From a virus (taxonomy: Duplodnaviria > Caudoviricetes), in the IMG/VR virus record IMGVR_UViG_3300007562_000009, positions 1 through 37,499 of that record: 37,499 bases of DNA; one strand, given 5' to 3'. Of the stretch, positions 27,699-34,403 are shown in pieces. The notes under the pieces were generated by a model. That model made no database searches, had not been told where the DNA came from, and saw only the letters and a program-made list of their open reading frames with translations. Every line of letters starts with the position of its first letter. The first letter of the stretch is position 1. The position numbers and the translations under genes were made by a program.

Positions 27699-28319
27699 TC
27701 AGGAGACAGTCTCAACGTCCCAATCGGGATCATCAATGCTCACGTCAATATTGGTGACATCATCAGTGTCATCAGTGTCAATGTAATCAAGATCACCGTT
27801 GTCAGCAGCGTCACTGATGCGTGAATTGAACAGATCGTACAACTCGTCCTTATCGTACGACTTAGGAACACGAGCCGTGATAGTTACACGCTGAGTAGTG
27901 ACGACATCAAACTTGAGTGTGCGCTCTTCGTAGAACGGACGCTGAAGAGTGTTGTCGTTGAACAACTGTTCAAGCATTCGCCACATGTCTGAATCTTCGG
28001 TCAGATAATCACGATCAACTAACTTGTCAATGAACATCTGAAACGCATCAACGAGTTCTGAGTGTTGACGATACGCCTCAGACAAACGCTCACGCTGGAA
28101 CGTGTTGGCTTGATTCATGCGAACATTGTCGGCAAGACGTTCGTTGTATTCATCAGTCTTGTTCATGATGTCAGTCAGACCGATTGGTTCGGCTTGCACT
28201 TCACTGAACTGATCATCGTAACGTGCTGACTTGTAGCCATTGACGACATAAGCCGCTAACTGATAATCATGAATGCGTGAGTCATGAATGATCTCGATAA
28301 GTGTCGTGGTCTTTTCCAT
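27699..28319 (-). CDS. Acidic hypothetical early protein (alternative start 28385)
   Basis: SD AAGGAG; very Asp-rich C-terminus. Confidence 0.78.
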   Translation of the reverse strand: MEKTTTLIEIIHDSRIHDYQLAAYVVNGYKSARYDDQFSEVQAEPIGLTDIMNKTDEYNERLADNVRMNQANTFQRERLSEAYRQHSELVDAFQMFIDKLVDRDYLTEDSDMWRMLEQLFNDNTLQRPFYEERTLKFDVVTTQRVTITARVPKSYDKDELYDLFNSRISDAADNGDLDYIDTDDTDDVTNIDVSIDDPDWDVETVS

Positions 28320-28386
28320 TTTGGTTTCTCCTTGTGTTGTTGGTTGATTGAAAACTGTTACCTCATTGCTGTGTTCTAAATTCATT

Positions 28387-29301
28387 TCACTTTCCTTTCT
28401 TGTTTGTGGATGGATATACATTCTGCACTAGCAGATTCTTACGAGAGAGCGCATAGCCCTTCGCATACAGATCAACGAAGACCGAACGAGGATCGTTAAA
28501 GCGATCATCAGTGAGGTCACCGTCAATTACACGGTAGGCATCAACACCTAACGTGAGTTCTTTCATAACAGGTTCACCTTTCTTGCGATTGGTGACGACA
28601 GCAACACTGCCACCTGCACACAAGAACGCATCCATCAGATCAAGATGCTTACTCGTCTTCTCATTGAACGAATAGATAAGACGATAATTCTTTTGTATCT
28701 GATGACCATTCTCAACGAAGCGTTGCATCATCATTGGATCTTTCGTGTAGTCATAAGCCTGCACAGTGAGATCACCGAACAATTTCTGTGACACTGCCCA
28801 CCAAGGCAGATCGCTATTGACATTCAAGCGCATCGACATGAGTCCGTATTTCTCTGTCGCTTGCATGATCTCGTGACGTAACACAAGCATGAATGCAGTA
28901 GGCATTGCAGCAAAGCAGTACGTACGCCAGTTACGTGCTGCTTGCACTTTATTGAACGAACCCTTGCCATGCTTAAGAACACACACCTTGATGCATGAAC
29001 CTGCATTCTCACAAGTGTCGTACGTGACACCCTCAACGACAGTGCTACGAGCGCTGTTCATTGTGAGTGTGATCGTAGGCAAAGCATTCTTGGCGATCTT
29101 GAGATTGCCTTTGTCAGTTGACGTGAGTTTGCTAGGCGTGTTCTGCAGACCGAACATTGGTTTGAACTTCGCAAACTCTGCATACACATCTTTTGCATAC
29201 TCCTTCCACTCTTGATCAGTCCACCGTTTAGAGTGACCCATATACAAATGGAATTCGTCGGCACGCTGTAAAAGCGTGTCGCTTAAGTTGATAATTTTCA
29301 T
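28387..29301 (-). CDS. GP88-like protein (C-x5-C-x3-C, divergent Fe-S / radical-SAM-like)
   Basis: TCENAGSCIKVC..G.G, MRLNVNSDLPW, YDYTK, Y.L.YS, IDGDLTDDRF, LYAKG. Confidence 0.82.
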   Translation of the reverse strand: MKIINLSDTLLQRADEFHLYMGHSKRWTDQEWKEYAKDVYAEFAKFKPMFGLQNTPSKLTSTDKGNLKIAKNALPTITLTMNSARSTVVEGVTYDTCENAGSCIKVCVLKHGKGSFNKVQAARNWRTYCFAAMPTAFMLVLRHEIMQATEKYGLMSMRLNVNSDLPWWAVSQKLFGDLTVQAYDYTKDPMMMQRFVENGHQIQKNYRLIYSFNEKTSKHLDLMDAFLCAGGSVAVVTNRKKGEPVMKELTLGVDAYRVIDGDLTDDRFNDPRSVFVDLYAKGYALSRKNLLVQNVYPSTNKKGK

Positions 29302-29323
29302 TTCGTTTCCTTTCGGGTTGGTT

Positions 29324-29341
29324 TTAATATAGGTGTATTAA
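29324..29341. repeat. Early palindrome copy 2
   Basis: TTAATATA-GG-TGTATTAA (one mismatch). Confidence 0.8.
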
Positions 29342-29635
29342 TTAAGCAAGAAGAAAAACTTCCTGCCCATTCTCTTCAGTGATCGTGAACTGTGCGCCGA
29401 CAGTCAAACTGTTCAGACGCTCAACAATATCTTGCGCAACATCCCACGCAATCTGCATCGCAATACCAAAGTCGTCAGACGCTTTGTCAAACTTGTTCGC
29501 CATCGCACGAAACACCGATGGACGCTGATCAATGTCGATGCCGAAATAATCTGCACATTCTTCAATGAACAGATCAAGATCGTCAACGCTGACCTTATTA
29601 GGGACAGCGTTCTTACCGTTAACGAATACATTCAT
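29342..29635 (-). CDS. Acidic hypothetical protein (MNVFVNGK...)
   Basis: SD AAGGAG. Confidence 0.75.
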   Translation of the reverse strand: MNVFVNGKNAVPNKVSVDDLDLFIEECADYFGIDIDQRPSVFRAMANKFDKASDDFGIAMQIAWDVAQDIVERLNSLTVGAQFTITEENGQEVFLLA

Positions 29636-29636
29636 T

Positions 29637-29864
29637 TCATTCTCCTTCTGTGATGTGTGTGAGTGTGATAACAGGACGAGGCTTAACAGGCAAACCTGCC
29701 TTAGCACGCAACGTATTCAAACGAATACGACGCTCCTCTGATTCTATTTCAGACTTGATACGTGCATCATTCAACACTGCACGAACACGCTGAAGACTAG
29801 CCATAACGTCATCAAGTTCTTGCTCCCTCTGCTGAAGGAACTCAACTAATTGATACTTATCCAT
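29637..29864 (-). CDS. Small coiled-coil protein downstream of ribozyme
   Basis: 75 aa; SD AAAGGA. Confidence 0.75.
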   Translation of the reverse strand: MDKYQLVEFLQQREQELDDVMASLQRVRAVLNDARIKSEIESEERRIRLNTLRAKAGLPVKPRPVITLTHITEGE

Positions 29865-29883
29865 TTTAATTTCCTTTCGGTTG

Positions 29884-29942
29884 CGCCTGTCTCATCAGTA
29901 GCAGTAGGCGATCTCTGCTAGTCGCCTCACGGCGATTCGACA
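29884..29942 (-). ncRNA. Type II hammerhead ribozyme with pseudoknot and variant core
   Basis: UGUC-GAAU-CGCC(GUGA)GGCG-AC/UAGCAG(AGAUCGCCUA)CUGCUA-CUGAUGA-GACA-GGCG; stems I-III all pair; loop CGCC pairs with 3' GGCG. Confidence 0.88.
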
Positions 29943-29948
29943 ATGAAT

Positions 29949-29967
29949 TTAATACAAGTTGTATTAA
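29949..29967. repeat. Early palindrome copy 3
   Basis: TTAATACA-AGT-TGTATTAA. Confidence 0.85.
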
Positions 29968-29969
29968 TT

Positions 29970-30416
29970 TCACTTAACAGCGTTCTTGATCTTCTTCTGC
30001 ATCTCTGCAGGAAGAGCCTTGAACTCTGCGGTCATGAACAATGCATTCACATTGGTCTTCTTAGGTGCAGGCTTAACAGTGCGAGTACCAACCTTGGCGT
30101 AAGTGTCCTTAATGTTCTTGACACTTGAAAAGTCAGTGACCTTGTGACCTAACAAGATTGCTTTAACACAAGCATTGACCTGCTGTTGAATGGTTGCTTG
30201 CGAGAAGAATTGACCTTTATTCTTGTTGCGATTCGCATACGAAATTGCATGAGCAACACGTGCATAATCCATCACGTTAGGCGTGCCGTTCTTCTTGTGG
30301 AAATTCTTGATGCATTCCTGCGCTGCAGACCACCATCCTTGTAGTTCGGTCAACGCTCCCGCATTGATCTTGTTTTCATGGGCTGCAAAATTGCAGGCGG
30401 TTGATTGAGTGTTAAT
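29970..30416 (-). CDS. First early gene, basic hypothetical protein; probable ATT start
   Basis: AAAGGAG-AAATATC-ATT in frame; K-rich C-terminus. Confidence 0.65.
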   Translation of the reverse strand: MNTQSTACNFAAHENKINAGALTELQGWWSAAQECIKNFHKKNGTPNVMDYARVAHAISYANRNKNKGQFFSQATIQQQVNACVKAILLGHKVTDFSSVKNIKDTYAKVGTRTVKPAPKKTNVNALFMTAEFKALPAEMQKKIKNAVK

Positions 30417-30435
30417 GATATTTCTCCTTTGTGAT

Positions 30436-30454
30436 TTAATACAGGGTGTATTAA
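30436..30454. repeat. Early palindrome copy 4
   Basis: TTAATACA-GGG-TGTATTAA. Confidence 0.85.
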
Positions 30455-30764
30455 TTTGATGTTGATATGATCCCACCACACATGCAGGCTGAGGCTTGCA
30501 GGCGGTGGCGCACCATGCATGATTGCTTGGTACACCTATGGTTTCACGGGAATTCCGCAATAGTGCTGTTTCTATTGGTCGGCTCTATTGTGCCTGTATT
30601 GTCACATGTGAAGGGTGGGGCATGGGTGGGTGTACGGTAGCGATCTAATAGGAGTCCCTTGGGGCGTAGCCAAATCGTGATGGTTGTATATGTTGGGGTG
30701 ACGATGGTCACTAAGGGCTGTTTAGGGTGTCCTTGGACTCTGTCGTCGCAGATGGGGATATGTT

Positions 30765-31037
30765 TTAGGGTATTTTTCGGGCTGGCATGTGCTCACAGAA
30801 GTAGGTGACGCAGTTCTTTAGAACTGCTGTCCCTGCGCTGTAGTTACCTGTGGCTAGTTCGTAGGTGCAAGCGACCCAGTAATACTGTTCGTTCTCTGCG
30901 ACAAGGTAGCCAACTGCTGATAGGACACAGGGTTCGTGTTTGGCATCGGGTTCGTGCCAGTTGTCTCCCATGCTGTAGTGGTCTTCCCAAAAGATTTCGA
31001 CTAGGGGTGGTATTTTGGGGGTTTTCTTCTTCACCAT
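30765..31037 (-). CDS. Conserved small phage protein (LVEIFWEDH...SAVGYL)
   Basis: 90 aa; overlaps upstream stop. Confidence 0.75.
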   Translation of the reverse strand: MVKKKTPKIPPLVEIFWEDHYSMGDNWHEPDAKHEPCVLSAVGYLVAENEQYYWVACTYELATGNYSAGTAVLKNCVTYFCEHMPARKIP

Positions 31038-31306
31038 TTGACCTTGTCTGCCCAGTACGCTGCACTCATTTTGCCTTTGCTGATGTTGCTGGCGTGTCGT
31101 GCTTTAAATGATTCTCTACGAGCCTTGTATGAGGCAGATTCTCCTGTTTTTTTGGGTGAGCCACTGACACCTTGTTGACCAAACCTGATTAACTTGACAG
31201 TGCTACCTTCTTTTGCAAGGACAGCGTGTGACTTCTTGGGGTGTGACGGGGTACGTTTCGGTTTGTTGTACCCTGCAAAGGTTTCAGATCCACGTTTAAT
31301 GCTCAT
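31031..31306 (-). CDS. Small basic phage protein (…RFGQQG…RRESFKARH…SAAYWADKVKW)
   Basis: Recognisable widespread phage family of unknown function. Confidence 0.85.
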   Translation of the reverse strand: MSIKRGSETFAGYNKPKRTPSHPKKSHAVLAKEGSTVKLIRFGQQGVSGSPKKTGESASYKARRESFKARHASNISKGKMSAAYWADKVKW

Positions 31307-31482
31307 GACTTACCTTGTCGTCGCTCCATCTTCTTTTTGGCTGGGGTCTCTTTGCCTTCGTGGCGCTTCTTTGCTGCAGGCGAAGCGTATTCTATCTTCA
31401 TCCCTGATTTGGCTGCTGCCTTTTTGGCTGCAGCCTTACCCTTAGCGGTATAGGCAAAGTGTTTGTTTCCTACTTGTGGCAT
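31303..31482 (-). CDS. 59-aa Lys/Ala-rich protein (MPQVGNKHFAYTAKGKAAAKKAAAK...)
   Basis: Translated by hand; SD AGGAG; ATGA coupling. Confidence 0.8.
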   Translation of the reverse strand: MPQVGNKHFAYTAKGKAAAKKAAAKSGMKIEYASPAAKKRHEGKETPAKKKMERRQGKS

Positions 31483-31506
31483 TATTGCTCCTGTCGTCGC
31501 ACGAGG

Positions 31507-31561
31507 ACTAGTTATAGATCAACGAGTGCGTCCCTGCGGTAGCACTCGTTGATAACTGTAA
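31507..31561 (+). repeat. Hairpin element B (ACTAGT-N3-AGATCAAC..GTTGATA-ACTGTAA)
   Basis: 12-bp stem ATCAACGAGTGC/GCACTCGTTGAT; flanks shared with element A. Confidence 0.7.
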
Positions 31562-31575
31562 GCCCCTAACCTAAA

Positions 31576-31640
31576 CGTTACCCGTTACACTACCCAACGG
31601 TAACATAGCAACAGGTAACGAAGTTGCCTGTATTTTGATG
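31576..31640. promoter_or_regulatory. Cluster of four GTAAC boxes (two per strand); includes late motif copy 5
   Basis: CGTTAC at 31576 and 31583; GTAAC at 31600 and 31615; terS ATG 23 nt after the last box. Confidence 0.7.
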
Positions 31641-32066
31641 AGTATTGAAGAAAACGTGCTGGACGCTCGCCAAGAGTCGTATATCGGCTGGCTGTGTACA
31701 CCCCCGTCCGAGCGTGTCCCTGCGTCTAAAGAGAAGTACGCCGAATCTGTAGGCGTGAACATTTCTACGCTACGACGATGGGAAAAGAAGGACGTTTTCC
31801 GCAAGATGTGGCAATCCAAGGTTGATGACGTTCAAGGCTCTCCTGAGCGATCTCAGAGGCTTTTAGACACGCTTTACGAGCGTGCTCTAGGCGGCGACAT
31901 TAAGGCAGCACAATTGTATTTACAAGCCACCAATCGGATGACTCCACCTACATTGACTGTAAAGTCCGAGAAAGGTACTGCCGAGTTATCTGACAAGGAA
32001 CTGGATGATCTTATTGCTGCTGTGGCTTCTCGTGAGCAGGAGTCACGTAAACTTCGTGTTGTATGA
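31638..32066 (+). CDS. terS: Terminase small subunit (HTH)
   Basis: YAESVGVNISTLRRW HTH, ALGGDIKAAQLYLQ, ELSDKELDDL; upstream of TerL. Confidence 0.8.
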   Translation: MSIEENVLDARQESYIGWLCTPPSERVPASKEKYAESVGVNISTLRRWEKKDVFRKMWQSKVDDVQGSPERSQRLLDTLYERALGGDIKAAQLYLQATNRMTPPTLTVKSEKGTAELSDKELDDLIAAVASREQESRKLRVV

Positions 32067-32194
32067 GCAAGTTAGTTGAATGCCCTGTTTGTGGTGAAGA
32101 GTATCCACCTGTGGCATGTAGATGGAAGTGTCCATCGTGCGGTCAGTTTGAAGAACCTGAACCCCCTAAGATGAGGAAAAATGGATCTGAGTGA
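32063..32194 (+). CDS. 43-aa zinc-finger protein (CPVCG...CPSCG)
   Basis: Translated by hand; ATGA overlap with terS. Confidence 0.7.
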   Translation: MSKLVECPVCGEEYPPVACRWKCPSCGQFEEPEPPKMRKNGSE

Positions 32195-33770
32195 ACTTCT
32201 CAATGAGAAGGAATGGCGTAAGTGCAAAGGACCAGACGATGCTTCAATTGATGAGTTAGTTGAGGCGTTTGAATACTTCTGTAATAACTATTGGCACATT
32301 AAACATCCTGAGCGTGGACGTATTGTTTTCGATATGCGTGAAGCGCAGATCGAAACCATTCGTGCTTGGCTGTCCAACCGCTATAGCGTGGTGTTAAAGG
32401 CACGACAGATTGGTTTCTCTACGTTGGCTGCAGCGTATGCGTTTTGGTTGACGTTCTTTTGGTCTGACAGGTTTGTGGTCATGTTGTCTCGTACTGAACG
32501 AGAGGCAGCCAAGTTGCTACAGAAGTCTAAGTACGGTTTTAAGTTCATTCCTTTGTGGATGAAGGAACGTGGTCCTGATATCACGTCTGATAATCAGTTG
32601 AAGATGACGTTCTCTAATGAGTCTGCGATTGAATCATTACCTTCGGGTAATGATCCTGCTCGTGGTGAGTCTGTGTATCTTGTTATTGTTGACGAGATGG
32701 CGTTCTTGCCTAACTCTGAAGAAGCGTGGGCTTCTATTGAGCCAATTGCTGACGTTGGTGGTCGTGTTATCTGTCTATCTACGGCTAACGGTTCAGGAAA
32801 CTTTTTTCATCAGATGTGGGTGGGTTCGCAAACTAAAGCAAACTTGTTTAAAGGTATTTTTTGGCCTTGGTCTGCTGGTGACCGTGACGAAGACTGGTAC
32901 GAATCTAAATCTAGAACAATGCCTTCATGGCAGTTGCATCAGGAATATCCTCGCACACCTGAGGAAGCGTTTATTAAGTCGGGTAACCCTGTTTTCGATA
33001 TTGATCGCTTGATGGAGTATGAAGTTGCAGAACCTGATCGTGGTTATTTGCATGTTATTTCTCGTAAGAATCCTGAGTATCGTGAAACTCCTGATGGTGA
33101 GTTTGCTATTTGGGAGTATCCGCACCCTGAGGGTACGTATGTAATTGGTGCTGACGTTGCTGAAGGTCTTGGGCATGGTGACTATTCGTCGGCGCATATT
33201 ATTGAGGCTAGGTCTATGAAGGTTGTGGCTCACTGGCATGGGCATATTGAACCTGATCTTTTTGGGGATGCTTTAGCAGAGGTCGGCTGGTGGTACAACG
33301 ATGCTCTACTGGGTGTTGAAAATAACAACCACGGTCTAACCACGATTAAGGCTTTGCAACGTTATGGATACAAGAATTTGTATCGTCAACGTCGCTTGCA
33401 GCAGCGTAATCCTGAGGCTACTGAGATTATGGGTTGGCGTACTACAACTGCGTCAAAGCCTTTGGCTATTGACGAGTTGGCTGGATCTATCCGTGATGAA
33501 GACATCTTCATTTTTGACGAACGAACAATTGCAGAGTTGAAGACATATGTGCGTGACCCTAATGGGAAGATGCATGGGTCTCCTCACGACGACAGGGTGA
33601 TGTCTTTGGCTATTGCTCATCAGATGTTGAAGTTTGTTTGGTTGCCTGAGTATCGGGCTGAAGTGCCACCACCAAAGTACAGTTTGAGTTGGTTTGAAAG
33701 ATTCGTTATTCATGGCGATGATGGGCTGAAACCCGTACCTTTGGGAGCATATAACGCACGTAGGTCGTAG
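32181..33770 (+). CDS. terL: Terminase large subunit
   Basis: KARQIGFST Walker A, IVDEMAF Walker B, STANG, GADVAEG and HDDRVM nuclease motifs. Confidence 0.96.
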   Translation: MDLSELLNEKEWRKCKGPDDASIDELVEAFEYFCNNYWHIKHPERGRIVFDMREAQIETIRAWLSNRYSVVLKARQIGFSTLAAAYAFWLTFFWSDRFVVMLSRTEREAAKLLQKSKYGFKFIPLWMKERGPDITSDNQLKMTFSNESAIESLPSGNDPARGESVYLVIVDEMAFLPNSEEAWASIEPIADVGGRVICLSTANGSGNFFHQMWVGSQTKANLFKGIFWPWSAGDRDEDWYESKSRTMPSWQLHQEYPRTPEEAFIKSGNPVFDIDRLMEYEVAEPDRGYLHVISRKNPEYRETPDGEFAIWEYPHPEGTYVIGADVAEGLGHGDYSSAHIIEARSMKVVAHWHGHIEPDLFGDALAEVGWWYNDALLGVENNNHGLTTIKALQRYGYKNLYRQRRLQQRNPEATEIMGWRTTTASKPLAIDELAGSIRDEDIFIFDERTIAELKTYVRDPNGKMHGSPHDDRVMSLAIAHQMLKFVWLPEYRAEVPPPKYSLSWFERFVIHGDDGLKPVPLGAYNARRS

Positions 33771-33795
33771 GTAACGATCTACTTATACTGTGATG
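33771..33795 (+). promoter_or_regulatory. GTAAC late motif copy 6
   Basis: GTAACG...TATACTGTG-ATG; ATG at +22; no SD. Confidence 0.7.
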
Positions 33796-34020
33796 GGATC
33801 TATTAACTGCACAGAATGTGACAAACTGTTCTCTTTTGACGTACTTCCACGTAGAGGTGCTGTCTGTTTTGCTTGCCACGTAAAAGGTATTCGTTTAGGT
33901 TTCGCTCATGGCAAAGAGGACTTTCATGGTCCAACTATCAAGCAGCGTCAAGATGAACAAATGAGGCAGGCTACCAACGCTGGTATCAAGGCTGAACCCG
34001 TTGGAACTCGTTGGGTCTGA
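33793..34020 (+). CDS. Small CxxC-CxxC zinc-binding protein
   Basis: CTEC...CFAC. Confidence 0.7.
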   Translation: MGSINCTECDKLFSFDVLPRRGAVCFACHVKGIRLGFAHGKEDFHGPTIKQRQDEQMRQATNAGIKAEPVGTRWV

Positions 34021-34021
34021 C

Positions 34022-34216
34022 ATGCATTGGATCACCCCGATTGTCGTCGCACTCATTGGTGGTCCTTTGATGTTGGCTTTAAAAAGATTTGATTCTAAAA
34101 ACACTAGGGAACATGGCGAGAACTACAAAGTTCTTCGCCGTATTGAAGACAAGGTAGACCACATAGATGATCGTTTAGACGATCATATTGATTACCACTT
34201 GAAAGAGGGATTATGA
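34022..34216 (+). CDS. Single-TM membrane protein with coiled coil (holin-associated)
   Basis: MHWITPIVVALIGGPLMLAL...IEDKVDHIDDRLDDHI; alternative TTG start 34001. Confidence 0.7.
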   Translation: MHWITPIVVALIGGPLMLALKRFDSKNTREHGENYKVLRRIEDKVDHIDDRLDDHIDYHLKEGL

Positions 34217-34401
34217 AGTATTCAGAATCAGCCAAGAAAGCAGTAGCAACATTTGTGTTTGCTTCAACAGGTATTCTTGTTGGTGGTGCTGTAGGCGGTT
34301 TAGAGATTTGGAAGACAGCCCTTTGGACTGGTGTTGGCGCACTCATCAACTTCGTTTATCGTGCTTCAGAAGAATATATCAACAGCATTGATGGTGAGTA
34401 A
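34213..34401 (+). CDS. Putative holin
   Basis: 62 aa, two hydrophobic segments, KKAVATF motif. Confidence 0.6.
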   Translation: MKYSESAKKAVATFVFASTGILVGGAVGGLEIWKTALWTGVGALINFVYRASEEYINSIDGE

Positions 34402-34403
34402 TA

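Noticed and set aside
27755-27782. TCATCAGTG tandem repeat giving CTGATGA on the - strand
   Set aside because: Encodes DTDDTDD within a CDS; no hammerhead stems or GAAA partner
27678-30454. Palindromic repeats as a CRISPR array, with the Cas4-like gene as a cas gene
   Set aside because: Repeats are separated by whole genes of 0.5-1.6 kb; solo Cas4-like nucleases are common phage recombination enzymes
30465-30525. Possible twister/HDV ribozyme or riboswitch in the early leader
   Set aside because: Can fold as a hairpin or pseudoknot, but I could not fit the conserved core nucleotides of any known class
30417-30560. ORF-track N-terminal extension of the first early gene
   Set aside because: Runs through a structured leader and a palindrome with no SD; the strong SD lies at about 30424-30430
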